A DNA stretch of 64,000 nt from Methanomassiliicoccaceae archaeon (GTDB lineage Archaea; Thermoplasmatota; Thermoplasmata; Methanomassiliicoccales; Methanomassiliicoccaceae): assembly GCA_040776945.1 (NCBI GenBank), contig JAXGZN010000002.1:995393-1059392 (forward strand). Reading direction: 5' to 3'. Each line of letters opens with the position of its first letter. The stretch's first letter is position 1. Of the stretch, positions 1 through 9,962 are shown one piece after another. A program made the translations under genes and the position numbers. Below the pieces are notes generated by a model. The model was not told where the DNA came from, did not search any database, and saw only the letters and a list, made by a program, of their open reading frames with translations.

Positions 1-1296
1 GACAACTGCGGACTGTGCAACCTGCACACCAGCCACACCGCGCTCGCCAATCTGGACCTGACCAATCGCTGCAACCTGAAATGCCCGATCTGCTTCGCCA
101 ACGCCAACCAGGCTGGCTATGTCTACGAACCTTCCTTCGAAGAGGTCGTCAAGATGCTGGAGACCTTGAGGGCTGAGAGGCCGGTCCCCTGCACCGCGGT
201 GCAGTTCTCAGGCGGAGAGCCGACCATATATCCACGGTTCTTCGACGTTATCAGAAAGGCAAAGGAGCTTGGGTTCGCCCAGATCCAGGTCGCCACCAAC
301 GGCATTAAGCTGGCAGACGATCCCGATTTCGCCCAGAAATGCGCTGATGCTGGGCTCAACACCATATACCTGCAGTTCGACGGGCTCAATGATGAGATAT
401 ACATGAGGACCAGAGCGAAGCCGATGCTGGACGTTAAGATCAGAGCGATCGAGAACGTTCGTAAGCTCAAGGACCGACGACCGTCCATAGTCCTCGTGCC
501 CACCTTAGTAAGAGGGTTCAACGACGATCAGATCGGAGAGATAATTCGATTCGCTATCAAGAACCGCGATGTAGTGCGCGGAGTTAACTTCCAGCCTGTG
601 GCCTTCACGGGCCGCATAGATCAAAAGGAGCGGGAACAGGGACGCTACACCATCCCCGATCTCATTGAGGACATCAAGAAGCAGACCGGCTTCGCGACGG
701 AGGATGATTGGTACCCAGTACCTGCTGTCGCGCCGATATCCGCCTATGCCTCAGCCCTTCTGGGGGAAGACAAGGTCACCTTCACCTCGCATCCTCACTG
801 CGGGATGGCCACCTATTGGTTCATCAAGGACGACGGCACCGTCGTGCCCCTGACCCGTTTCGTGGACGTGGAAGGCCTGTTCAAGGAACTGTACGAACTG
901 TCCAAGAAGACCGAGGGCGCTGTATTTCCCAAGCTCTCCCTTCTGAAGGCACGGAAGATATTGAAATCCCATCTGGACGAGAGCAAGATGCCCGAAGGGC
1001 TCACCACCAATCAGTTCATGACGGTCCTGACCAACGTGTTCAACAACGATACCAAGGAAGGACTCGCGAAGTTCTCTTGGGGCATGATGCTCATCTCTTC
1101 CATGCACTTCCAGGACGATTACAACTATGATATCGAGCGGGTGAAGAGGTGCGTCATCCACTATGTTGTCCCTGACGGGAGGATCATACCCTTCTGCGCC
1201 TACAACGGTGGGCCGACCTACCGCGACGAGGTGGAGAAGAAGTTCTCTGTCCCCCTCGCCGAATGGAGAAGGACAAGAGGGACCGAGTATACCTGA
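1..1296 (+). CDS. tes: Tetraether lipid synthase (radical SAM, MJ0619/GDGT-MAS family), 5'-truncated by window edge
   Basis: Frame 1 is open from base 1: DNCGLCNLH..., CxxxCxxC (RCNLKCPICFA), QFSGGEPT, and C-terminal MHFQDxYNYDIERVKRCVIHY...IIPFCAYN typical of Tes; followed by ferredoxin and GGR. Confidence 0.88.
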   Translation, partial: DNCGLCNLHTSHTALANLDLTNRCNLKCPICFANANQAGYVYEPSFEEVVKMLETLRAERPVPCTAVQFSGGEPTIYPRFFDVIRKAKELGFAQIQVATNGIKLADDPDFAQKCADAGLNTIYLQFDGLNDEIYMRTRAKPMLDVKIRAIENVRKLKDRRPSIVLVPTLVRGFNDDQIGEIIRFAIKNRDVVRGVNFQPVAFTGRIDQKEREQGRYTIPDLIEDIKKQTGFATEDDWYPVPAVAPISAYASALLGEDKVTFTSHPHCGMATYWFIKDDGTVVPLTRFVDVEGLFKELYELSKKTEGAVFPKLSLLKARKILKSHLDESKMPEGLTTNQFMTVLTNVFNNDTKEGLAKFSWGMMLISSMHFQDDYNYDIERVKRCVIHYVVPDGRIIPFCAYNGGPTYRDEVEKKFSVPLAEWRRTRGTEYT

Positions 1297-1310
1297 GAGG
1301 AGGGACCTAA

Positions 1311-1484
1311 ATGATAGTATCCATAGAGAAGTGTCATCATTGCGGGGCCTGCGTAGGCTCCTGCCCGAAGAACGCGATCTTCCTTAACGACCTGGTGCTG
1401 GTTTTCAGCGATGAGTGCAATCGCTGCGGCCGGTGTGTAAAGCTCTGCCCGGTGGGCGCGATCACCATGGAGGCGAAGAAATGA
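1311..1484 (+). CDS. 2x[4Fe-4S] ferredoxin, 57 aa (not in ORF track)
   Basis: Hand translation MIVSIEKCHHCGACVGSCPKNAIFLNDLVLVFSDECNRCGRCVKLCPVGAITMEAKK; two CxxCxxCxxxCP motifs; GAGGAGG upstream; ATGA overlap with next gene. Confidence 0.95.
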   Translation: MIVSIEKCHHCGACVGSCPKNAIFLNDLVLVFSDECNRCGRCVKLCPVGAITMEAKK

Positions 1485-2671
1485 GGAAGATCGAAAAGGA
1501 CATCGTCGTGGTCGGCGCCGGGCCGGCAGGCAGCATGACCGCCAAGTGGGCCGCCCAGGGCGGAGCGGACGTGCTGATGATCGAAAAGCGCCAGGAGATC
1601 GGCTCCCCCGTCCGTTGCGCCGAGGGCATATCCAAGCATTGGGTCGAGGAGGTCGGCATCACCGTAAACAATAAGTGGGTCGCCCGGGAGGTTCGAGGCG
1701 CCAAGATCAAATCTCCTTCGGGCCACACCTTCCTGGTAGACGAGAAGAACGCGGGAAACGAGGTCGGATGGGTCGTGGACCGAGTATTGTTCGATAAGGC
1801 GCTCGCCGCCGATGCTGCCCGCGCTGGGACGGAGATCATGGTCAAGACCTCGGCGACCTCCCTGATCTGGGAGAACGGAAAGATCGCCGGGGTTCGGGCA
1901 CAGACCTACGGCGAGCCCATCGAGATCAGGGCCAAGTGCGTGGTCGGCGCCGACGGCTACGAGTCGCAGGTCGGCCGCTGGGCGGGCATCGATACCAGCC
2001 TGAAGGCCGATGATATCGACACCTGCTATCAGTACAGGCTGACCGGCATCGATTATGATCCGGACTACTGCGAGTTCACCCTTGGATCGGCAGCTCCCGG
2101 AGGCTATGTGTGGATATTCCCCAAGGACGAGGACACCGCCAACGTGGGGATCGGCGTCCAACTGTCCAAGGTCAAGCATCCCGCCGACCCCAAGATGTAC
2201 CTGGACAAGTTCATAGCCAAGAGGCCTGGGCTGAAGAAAGGGCAGCCTCTCGAGGCGGTCGCCGGCGCGGTTTCAATATGCGCTCCCCTGGACTCGGTCT
2301 CCATGGACAATCTGGTGCTGGTCGGAGATGCTGCCAGGATGATCGATCCCATAACCGGCGGAGGCATATCCATAGGATGCATCGCGGGGATGTGCGCCGG
2401 TAAGGTGCTCGCCAAGGGCGTAAAGGCCAATGATCTGTCGATGAACACCCTTCAAGAGTACGAGACCATGTGGAGGGACCGGCTGGAGAACAAGCAGTGG
2501 CGCAACTGGATGGCCAAGGAGAAACTTACCACCTTGTCCGACGAGACGCTTGACAAGATCGTGCACACCTTCTCCCAGTATGGCGTCGAAAAGCTGTCGG
2601 TCCAGGACCTTCTGGCGGTCATCAAGCGGCACCACCCCGAACTTGTCAAAGAGTTCGAGGAGCTCATCTGA
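1481..2671 (+). CDS. Digeranylgeranylglycerophospholipid reductase (geranylgeranyl reductase)
   Basis: VVGAGPAGS FAD motif, PVRCAEG, GYVWIFPK, LVGDAA...DPITGGG; start placed at the ATG overlapping the ferredoxin stop. Confidence 0.93.
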   Translation: MRKIEKDIVVVGAGPAGSMTAKWAAQGGADVLMIEKRQEIGSPVRCAEGISKHWVEEVGITVNNKWVAREVRGAKIKSPSGHTFLVDEKNAGNEVGWVVDRVLFDKALAADAARAGTEIMVKTSATSLIWENGKIAGVRAQTYGEPIEIRAKCVVGADGYESQVGRWAGIDTSLKADDIDTCYQYRLTGIDYDPDYCEFTLGSAAPGGYVWIFPKDEDTANVGIGVQLSKVKHPADPKMYLDKFIAKRPGLKKGQPLEAVAGAVSICAPLDSVSMDNLVLVGDAARMIDPITGGGISIGCIAGMCAGKVLAKGVKANDLSMNTLQEYETMWRDRLENKQWRNWMAKEKLTTLSDETLDKIVHTFSQYGVEKLSVQDLLAVIKRHHPELVKEFEELI

Positions 2672-2680
2672 GCTCCTAAC

Positions 2681-2716
2681 CCCCTTCTTTTTCTGTTCCG
2701 AGGTTTTTTCTTATTT
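2681..2716 (+). terminator. Oligo-T archaeal terminator after the lipid operon
   Basis: ccccttctttttctgttccgaggttttttcttattt just after the GGR stop. Confidence 0.55.
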
Positions 2717-2841
2717 AGGCCGTTGCGAAGCGATCTCGAACCAGCCTCATGGTGCACGGCGTTCGCCCGAACCTCAGGAGGGGACGGTCCAATTATATCC
2801 TAATGGATCTCCCTGATGCGGTCAGGCCGATCGTACCTCGC

Positions 2842-3816
2842 TCACTTTTCTCGGATATGGTGTTCGATAGGACCAGATCTCCTGTCCGTTCCTTGCTCCG
2901 CTCGAACCCCCTCCGCTCCGGTGCGCACGATGAATGGCGTGCCTCCCCTGGCCTTTATGGCCTCGGCGACCTTCTCCGGCCGGTCGGTCAGAGCGAGCAT
3001 GCTTCCCCCGCCGCCCGCCCCGGTGAGCTTGGCCCCATAGGAATAGGGCAGTGCAGCGTCCACCAGCTTCTGCAGTGCCGGCGTGGAAACTCCCAGGATG
3101 GCGAGCAGATTGTGGTTCTTGGTCAGCAGCCGCCCGAGGGCCTCGACATCCCCGGCATCCAATCTAGCCCGTCCTTCCTGGGTGAGCGCTCCGATCTCGT
3201 CGATAATATCCCTGGCAAAGCCGCTGCGCTCCGCGTATCGTCTCACCTTGGCCACCAGTGGGCCGGTGGGGGCCTTGTTGCCGGTGAACCCTACTACCAA
3301 TGTCATCTGGGGCGTCCGACATTCATGAACGAACCAGCGCCTTGTATCCCGAGATATCTCCCAGAGCAGTCCGTCCGTCTCCTTCGAGCTGATGAATATC
3401 CCGCCGCCGTGCGACGATATAGAGGTATCGATCGGACTGGCCCTCCCCTGGACCGTGGACTCGATGTCGAACGCTTTCCTAGCGATGTCCTCCTGATCTA
3501 TACCGTCGCGTGACGCGGACAAAGCTCCAAGCGCAGCGACTGTCACCGCGGCCGATGAGCCAAGGCCAGATCCGGCCGGCAGGTCCGAGGTGATCTCAAT
3601 GGCCAATGGGCCCCCGGTGTGATGCTCTCGTAGGACTGTGGAAAGGTAGGGTCCAGCGCGATCGTCCATCGGCTGCCCGTTGAGCGTGGGACTGCTCGAA
3701 GGCCGAACTGAGCACCGCAGCCTGAGGTCGATGGCCAGGGCAATGGCCGGACGCCCGAACACAACGGCGTGCTCGCCCATGAGGATCACTTTGCCTGGAG
3801 CGGATGCGGCGGTCAT
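2842..3816 (-). CDS. mvk: Mevalonate kinase
   Basis: SAPGKVILMGEHAVV, PAGSGLGSSAA, GAKLTGAGGGG GHMP motifs; start taken at ATG 3816. Confidence 0.92.
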   Translation of the reverse strand: MTAASAPGKVILMGEHAVVFGRPAIALAIDLRLRCSVRPSSSPTLNGQPMDDRAGPYLSTVLREHHTGGPLAIEITSDLPAGSGLGSSAAVTVAALGALSASRDGIDQEDIARKAFDIESTVQGRASPIDTSISSHGGGIFISSKETDGLLWEISRDTRRWFVHECRTPQMTLVVGFTGNKAPTGPLVAKVRRYAERSGFARDIIDEIGALTQEGRARLDAGDVEALGRLLTKNHNLLAILGVSTPALQKLVDAALPYSYGAKLTGAGGGGSMLALTDRPEKVAEAIKARGGTPFIVRTGAEGVRAEQGTDRRSGPIEHHIREK

Positions 3817-3967
3817 GCCGGTCCCAACCGCATCCATCGATTAAACCGTTTCTCCGGGCCGTTGATATCGAATTTCTTCCTAATATCGGTGCGGAGGATG
3901 GAGAATCAACGGGGAACCTACTTATACACACATCCATAGATGGATTGGGGATCAGGAGAGATAAGAT

Positions 3968-4357
3968 ATGTCAGAAAGATGCGCAATTATGACCACTCTG
4001 AACGGGGAGATGGTGGAGTGGAGGGTGTTCGAGACCAGAGCACAGGCCATGCAGCATTATAACAACGGGCTCAAGAAGCTCCAGCAGATGGTGAACCACA
4101 CCGATGAGGATGGAGTATGGGAGATAATGCTGTGCGACGTCAAGCAGTACGCACTTTCTCGTCAGAAGGCAGAACAACTGAGCATGGAGAAGAGCTCGGA
4201 CTGGTACTCCAAGTATCTGGAGATAATGTCTCGCAGGTCCCATCGCGACAGGGCGTCCAGACATCGTCTAAATCTTAACCTGTGGCGCAAGCTGAAGGAC
4301 AATCTGGCGGACAGTATTTTCAATGACGATGAGGGACCGACGGCAGGCGGTGCCTGA
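3968..4357 (+). CDS. Hypothetical protein, 129 aa
   Basis: AGGAG upstream, TTATA box about 40 bp upstream, protein-like composition. Confidence 0.65.
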   Translation: MSERCAIMTTLNGEMVEWRVFETRAQAMQHYNNGLKKLQQMVNHTDEDGVWEIMLCDVKQYALSRQKAEQLSMEKSSDWYSKYLEIMSRRSHRDRASRHRLNLNLWRKLKDNLADSIFNDDEGPTAGGA

Positions 4358-4714
4358 TCAGCGGCCGCGGTTGAGAACAGCGGCCATCAGGTTGGCGTCC
4401 ATCTTAACGTCCTGGTATTCGACCATGACCTTCTCAATATTTCTTTTACCGACCATGTTGAACAACCACGATGAGACCATGGCGGCTCCCGTGTCCGATA
4501 ATACCTCTACCTCGAAGTATATGATCTGGGGGAAGTGCTTGACCCTACCCACGAAGGTTCGTACATAGGTCAGCCGGGCATCGCGCCCAAGCTCCAGGGC
4601 CTCGCCTTCCTGCACCGCTCCCTTCTCCATGAGAGCGTTGATCAGCTCTGCATCGAAGGTATGGACCTCTAGCCTCATTCTTACCGGACCATATTTGGAG
4701 AGAGCCATTATCAA
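4358..4714 (-). CDS. Hypothetical protein, about 116 aa
   Basis: Coupled to the MFS stop; protein-like composition. Confidence 0.7.
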   Translation of the reverse strand: MIMALSKYGPVRMRLEVHTFDAELINALMEKGAVQEGEALELGRDARLTYVRTFVGRVKHFPQIIYFEVEVLSDTGAAMVSSWLFNMVGKRNIEKVMVEYQDVKMDANLMAAVLNRGR

Positions 4715-5880
4715 GCTTGGCCTGGCCTGCGCCTTTCGGCCGCTGGGTCCCTGGTTCGGACCAGGGGGAGGGAGAGCAGGAGAAGTGCGGCCCCGGCCAC
4801 TATGAACGGGGCCGGACCGACGCTCTCCCCGGTCTGCCCCGCAATAGAAGCGAGGGATACGGGCGCTATCACGAACCCCAGGTCGCCCATGGTCCGGAAC
4901 AGGCCCATGGCCGCGCCAAGGTCCTCCGGCCTGGTGACATCGGCCACCCAGGCCGCTATTGGGCCGGACAGACCGATCGACATGCCCATGGCCATGAGAA
5001 CGATGGTGAACGAGAACGGGTCGTGCGTTAAGGGCAGGATTACGACCAGAGCGGCCAAGAGGATGAGCGCCCCCATCAGGAACGGCTTCCTGCCGTAGAT
5101 ATCGGTCAATCTACCGGCGACGACCATCATGACCAGGTTGCACACTGCGCTCAGTGTGAGGATGAGGCCGAGCATGCCCTCGTCGATGCCTAGATCGTAC
5201 CGGGCGTAAAGGGGCACGATGGTATTGATGATCCCCTGCCGGTTGATGAATATGGCAATGGTCGCCAGATTTATCGCCAGCAGGTCAAAGCGGACCAGAA
5301 GACGACCTAACTGGCGGAGCGATATCTTCTCGGTTCTTCCGCTCTCCGGCCTCACATCATCCACCAGTCCGAACACCAGGAAGAATGATGCCGCGGCGCA
5401 AATGCCGTAGACGATGAACGGCGCGCCGAGGCCAAAGTGAAGGGAGACGAACCCGCCAACCGCGGGGCCAAAGGAAGTGCCTACGAGGAACATCGATAGG
5501 TAGAAGGAAAGGTGCGCTCCCCTCGACGCTGGAGGGGCCAATTGGCTGACCGCGGTGATCGAGGTAGTGGTATAGAGCGCGGAGCCGATCCCCTCGAACA
5601 CACGGGCCGCGAGAAGCATGGGGTAGCTTATGGCCACGCCCGCAAGCAATGACGAGATGGCGATGGTGGCAAGGCCCAAGAGCATGAGTCGTCTCATTCC
5701 GTACCTGGCGCCGAACATCCCCGCCGGGATGTCCAAGAGCACCCTGGCGACCGCGAAAGCGGAGATCAGGAGGCCGACCAGGGCTAGCGACACCCCGAAG
5801 CTGAGCCCATAGGACGGCAGCACGGGGGAGATGATGGATACGCCCATCATCACGAAGAAGGCGACTACCGACAGTACCAA
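4711..5880 (-). CDS. MFS transporter (DHA1-like)
   Basis: About 12 hydrophobic segments; GRLTDIYGRK motif A; TTG start uncertain. Confidence 0.9.
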   Translation of the reverse strand: MVLSVVAFFVMMGVSIISPVLPSYGLSFGVSLALVGLLISAFAVARVLLDIPAGMFGARYGMRRLMLLGLATIAISSLLAGVAISYPMLLAARVFEGIGSALYTTTSITAVSQLAPPASRGAHLSFYLSMFLVGTSFGPAVGGFVSLHFGLGAPFIVYGICAAASFFLVFGLVDDVRPESGRTEKISLRQLGRLLVRFDLLAINLATIAIFINRQGIINTIVPLYARYDLGIDEGMLGLILTLSAVCNLVMMVVAGRLTDIYGRKPFLMGALILLAALVVILPLTHDPFSFTIVLMAMGMSIGLSGPIAAWVADVTRPEDLGAAMGLFRTMGDLGFVIAPVSLASIAGQTGESVGPAPFIVAGAALLLLSLPLVRTRDPAAERRRPGQA

Positions 5881-5925
5881 CGTTGATCTGAACTCGGGGC
5901 GCGTGGGCCCACCTCGTCAGCTCGC

Positions 5926-6555
5926 TCAGAGGCCGTACTTCTCGGCCATCTCCTCGAGCGCGTCGTTGGGCGTTTTACCTTCGAGATCATCGCGGGGTGT
6001 TGCCCACCACTCCTCCTCGAACTTACTGAGGGCGGCGACCAGTTTCTCTTCGGTCGCGAAGTTCTCCCCCTCCTTCTTCTTGAAATCCTCGCGGAAGGTC
6101 TTCAGCAGGTCAACGCCATACTTGTTGTTGACCACGGTCACGGTGATGAAATCATCAAGATTGCGGGCGTAGGTCAGTGCCATCTCCGCCGGCACAACGT
6201 CCATGGTCATGTCCAGAAGAGCGTTGGTCAGGGTAAGGAACAGCATCTCCTCTCTTGATTCTTCGGGCACCGACTTGTCATTGACGACCTCCATCAGGTT
6301 GGAGAACCACACGTCGCGCAGGGCATAGGTGCGGTTCTGGTTTTTGCCGAATATCACGCTCTCAGCAATGGAGTCAAGGTCCTCTACCAGCTCCTCGGGC
6401 GAGGGCAAAACCTCCTCCGCCTTCCTTGTCGGCTTGGGCTTTGCGGGCTTCTCTGCCCCGGCGGGTGCCTTCTTGGTCGGCTTGGGCTTTGCGGGCTTCT
6501 CTGCCCCGGCGGGTGCCTTCTTGGTCGGCTTGGGCTTCTTGGTGTCGGACTTCAA
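5926..6555 (-). CDS. Hypothetical protein with N-terminal Lys/Pro/Ala repeat tail
   Basis: KPKPTKKAPAGAEKPA repeats then an acidic helical domain ending WWATPRDDLEGKTP; AGGAGG upstream of TTG. Confidence 0.8.
   Translation of the reverse strand: MKSDTKKPKPTKKAPAGAEKPAKPKPTKKAPAGAEKPAKPKPTRKAEEVLPSPEELVEDLDSIAESVIFGKNQNRTYALRDVWFSNLMEVVNDKSVPEESREEMLFLTLTNALLDMTMDVVPAEMALTYARNLDDFITVTVVNNKYGVDLLKTFREDFKKKEGENFATEEKLVAALSKFEEEWWATPRDDLEGKTPNDALEEMAEKYGL
6428..6537. repeat. 48-bp perfect tandem repeat, 2.3 copies, in frame
   Basis: gtcggcttgggctttgcgggcttctctgccccggcgggtgccttcttg at 6428-6475 and 6476-6523, partial copy 6524-6537. Confidence 0.95.
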
Positions 6556-6845
6556 AGTGGAACCTCCTTGTGCTGAATGTCATTCCGACCGCGGCGCCCG
6601 AGTATTTATCCCAAGATCGCTGTCCGGCCGGTACCGTGAATAAAGGACAAGCCCATATTTATATTCACAACGCCAGAGAGCTTGCCTGCTTAGCGGAATA
6701 GGTGCTCCGGTCAAGACGAGGGAAAGAACGGTGACTGATCAGAGGCGATATCTCGTGCATAGCGCATTGCCGAAATGGGAACGAACGCCTTGTAATCGCT
6801 TGAGAAGCGCGGGTCGGCCGCCCCCTCCTCATGTTCTTCAGTACC

Positions 6846-7970
6846 TTAGAGTCCCTCAACCACCCTCTTCACGATGGCCAGTCCCTTAGATATGTTCTCC
6901 TCGCTGGCAGCGTAAGAGAATCTCAGATGGTTCTCGCCCATTTCGCCAAACGCTGTCCCTGGAGCGCAGATGACGCCGCTGGCGACAAGCTTGCGAGCCA
7001 TATCTCGGGACGGCATCCCCTGAGAGAAGGATGGGAAGGCATAGAAAGCACCCTCCGGCAGATGGCAGTGGAATCCTTCGATTTCATTGAGGCCATCCAC
7101 CATGGCCTTCCTCCGGCGCATGAACGTGGGGACTAGTTTCTTGACGAACTCCCCCTGCATGTCGAATACCTTGGCCAGGGCGAACTGCGGAGGCGTGGGG
7201 GGGCACGCCACGAGGTGATACTGCATGTTGGATATGTGGTTCACCAGTTCAAGTGGGGCCGTCAGGTAGCCGATCCTCCATCCGGGGACCGCGAACGACT
7301 TTGAGAACGAGTTCAGCACCACCGCCCGCTCGATCACCTCGTTGAACGAATGGTGCTTCCCGCTGTATATGAAGTCCTCGTACACCTCGTCGGATATTAT
7401 CCAAAGATCGTGGTCCTGGGCGATGTCCTTCAACGCCTTGAAGCTCTCAAAGCTCAGCACAGACCCTGTAGGATTGGACGGAGAGTTCACCACCATGCCT
7501 CTGGTGCGCGGAGTGATCCTTTCCTTTATGGCCTCGATGTCCGGCTGGAAGCGATCCTCATAACTTAGGGGATAGGGGACCGGTGCTGCGTCGCACAGTA
7601 CGCTGTCCGGCTCGTAGAGCACGAAGCCTGGTTCGGGGATGAGGACCTCGTCCCCCCTCTCGAACAATGTTTGAAAGGTTGCCATGGTCCCCTGCGTACC
7701 GGAGGCGGTGATGATGATGTTATCATGGGTGATGTCGCCACGGTAGCGTTGGACCTTGGCGGCGACCTTCTTGCGCAGAGGATCGATCCCTTTTGTCGGC
7801 CCATAACGGTTGCGGTCCTGGTCTAAAGCCTCCTTGTACGCCTCCCTCGCTTCCTTGGGAGGCTCGAAGTCAAGCTCACCTAAGCCCAGGTTTATAGCGT
7901 CAACGGTGGCCATCTCAAATATCTCCCTAATGCCCGAGGGCTTTATCGATAATGCTCGCTTCGAGACCAT
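6846..7970 (-). CDS. PLP-dependent class I/II aminotransferase (aspartate aminotransferase-like)
   Basis: NSPSNPTG, ISDEVY, SFSKSFAVPGWRIG; start placed at ATG 7970. Confidence 0.92.
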   Translation of the reverse strand: MVSKRALSIKPSGIREIFEMATVDAINLGLGELDFEPPKEAREAYKEALDQDRNRYGPTKGIDPLRKKVAAKVQRYRGDITHDNIIITASGTQGTMATFQTLFERGDEVLIPEPGFVLYEPDSVLCDAAPVPYPLSYEDRFQPDIEAIKERITPRTRGMVVNSPSNPTGSVLSFESFKALKDIAQDHDLWIISDEVYEDFIYSGKHHSFNEVIERAVVLNSFSKSFAVPGWRIGYLTAPLELVNHISNMQYHLVACPPTPPQFALAKVFDMQGEFVKKLVPTFMRRRKAMVDGLNEIEGFHCHLPEGAFYAFPSFSQGMPSRDMARKLVASGVICAPGTAFGEMGENHLRFSYAASEENISKGLAIVKRVVEGL

Positions 7971-8062
7971 TGGCCGCATGAGCGGTTGCGAATTTAAATT
8001 TCTTTTTATCATGCATCTCATCATAATCGATAATTAGGCAAAGGCCGTTCGCCCCAGCAAGG

Positions 8063-9523
8063 ATGACCGCCGATGCCGCGAGCACCGATGATAGGATCCG
8101 GACATGCACCGAGTCCTATCTGTGCCTGGACCGCCTGCCGAGGCCGCTGATATCGCTCATCACCATCGTTCTGCCGTTCTTCGCCATGGTTGCCGTGGCG
8201 CTTCTGCCGCTCGACCTGGAGATCGGGACAAAGTACTCCTTGGCAGTGTTCGTGTGCGTGGGGCTGCTTTGGACCTTCGGAGCACTGCCGCTGGCGGTCA
8301 CCGCGCTCTTGGTGCCGGTGCTCCTGGTTTTGTTCGGCATATTCACTCCGACAGAGGCCCTGGCGCCTTTTGCTGACCCAGTGGTCTTCCTGCTGATTGG
8401 CGGGCTGATCATCGCCGAGGCGTTCAGGGCGAACGGCCTGGACCGGCGCATCGCGTACCACCTGGTGACCAAGGCACGGGGCGATATCCGGTTGACGTTC
8501 ATTGCCCTGATGGCCATCTCTGCCATGCTGTCAATGTGGATATCCAACACCGCGACGGTCGCCCTCCTGCTGCCAGTGGTGCTGAACATAGCCGGCCAGG
8601 CCAATGAGGACGGGCGCAAGGTGGCCACGCTTTTCCTTCTGGGCATCTGCATGTCCACCGCCTTCGGCAGCATGAGCACCATCATAGGGTCGCCGGTGAA
8701 CGCCATTGCCTTCGGGCTGCTCAACAAGGTCACCCCCTGGTCCTTTCCCGAATGGATCGTGGTGGGCGGATGCGTGAGCCTGGCCCTGCTCGGCCTTGTC
8801 TACATAGCACTGCCTAGGGTGCTGGCTGCCAGATCGAACGGCATCGACCTCGGGCCCATCAGGAATGAACTGGAGAACATGGGACCTATCAAGAAGAAGG
8901 AGGCTATGACCCTCGCCATATTCATGCCTGCCGTGGGATTGTGGATCGGCGGCGGATGGACCGCTCAATACCTTGGCCTTCCGCCCGGCGCCCTCAGCGC
9001 AGCGATGGTTTCCCTGATCGCCGCCTTCCTGATGTTCGCCACTCGGGTCATCGAGTGGGACGACGCCCGCCGGATCTCATGGGAGGTCTTCCTTATCATC
9101 GGCGCAGGACTGGCCATCGGCCATGCCCTGGAGGCCACAGGCGCGGCGGCATTGTTCGCGTCCCTTCTTACGGAGCTTGTGGGAGGGCAGAGCCTTCTGG
9201 TCATGATGCTGCTCATCGGCTTCATAACCGTGGGGGTCGGGACGATGCTCAGCAACAGCGCAACAGTGTCGATCATGGTGCCGATAGTAATCAGCCTGTC
9301 CTCGGCCATCGGGGCCGACCCGAAATACTTGGTCCTGGTCGCGGCCTTCTGCGCATCGATATCATTCATCACGCCCGTGGGAACGCCGCCGGTGACCTTA
9401 GCATATTCCACAGGTTTCTTCACCAGGCGGGAACTGGCTCGAACAGGCGCGATCGTCACCGTGCCGGCGGTGATACTGGTCGTTCTGATAGTGTACTCGC
9501 TTATCTCCATCGGATGGAACTGA
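8063..9523 (+). CDS. SLC13/DASS sodium:dicarboxylate/sulfate symporter
   Basis: SMWISNTAT, LSNSAT and PVGTPP motifs; many TM helices. Confidence 0.9.
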   Translation: MTADAASTDDRIRTCTESYLCLDRLPRPLISLITIVLPFFAMVAVALLPLDLEIGTKYSLAVFVCVGLLWTFGALPLAVTALLVPVLLVLFGIFTPTEALAPFADPVVFLLIGGLIIAEAFRANGLDRRIAYHLVTKARGDIRLTFIALMAISAMLSMWISNTATVALLLPVVLNIAGQANEDGRKVATLFLLGICMSTAFGSMSTIIGSPVNAIAFGLLNKVTPWSFPEWIVVGGCVSLALLGLVYIALPRVLAARSNGIDLGPIRNELENMGPIKKKEAMTLAIFMPAVGLWIGGGWTAQYLGLPPGALSAAMVSLIAAFLMFATRVIEWDDARRISWEVFLIIGAGLAIGHALEATGAAALFASLLTELVGGQSLLVMMLLIGFITVGVGTMLSNSATVSIMVPIVISLSSAIGADPKYLVLVAAFCASISFITPVGTPPVTLAYSTGFFTRRELARTGAIVTVPAVILVVLIVYSLISIGWN

Positions 9524-9606
9524 ACGACCGCCATATGGCGGGTGGCACATAAGGTGCTTCGTGGGCAAAAAAGAGGGAAAGGGTTAACGAACGGATCAGG
9601 ACCGGT

Positions 9607-9756
9607 TCACTTCTTGAGCTTTCCCTTTACCTTGCTGCCGAGCTCGCCGAGGTCCTTCTTCATCTCGCTTCCGGTCTTCTTCAGCTCGGCGCCTACTTTG
9701 CTCGCCCCTTCCTTCAGATCGTCGTCGAACTTGAACTTGCCTTTTTTCTCGGCCAT
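9607..9756 (-). CDS. Small Lys-rich protein, 49 aa, with 11-mer amphipathic repeats (not in ORF track)
   Basis: MAEKKGKFKFDDDLKEGASKVGAELKKTGSEMKKDLGELGSKVKGKLKK; AGGTAGG upstream, AT-rich box further upstream, T-rich tract downstream. Confidence 0.75.
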   Translation of the reverse strand: MAEKKGKFKFDDDLKEGASKVGAELKKTGSEMKKDLGELGSKVKGKLKK

Positions 9757-9962
9757 GTTCCTACCTGACAGGGTATGCGATTTGCTTACTAATAATGGTT
9801 TTTCAATTTATATTATAGTCAACCCTCTGGTCAGATGCGCCGATGCGGTTCGGTCAATGCCGTGGGCCTTTCTATCGCTGAAGGCCACCATCTTGGTTCG
9901 AAGACCTGCTGATGAGGGCCGTGCACATAGTTATTTGATATACTATCGTTAATACCGTCGTC

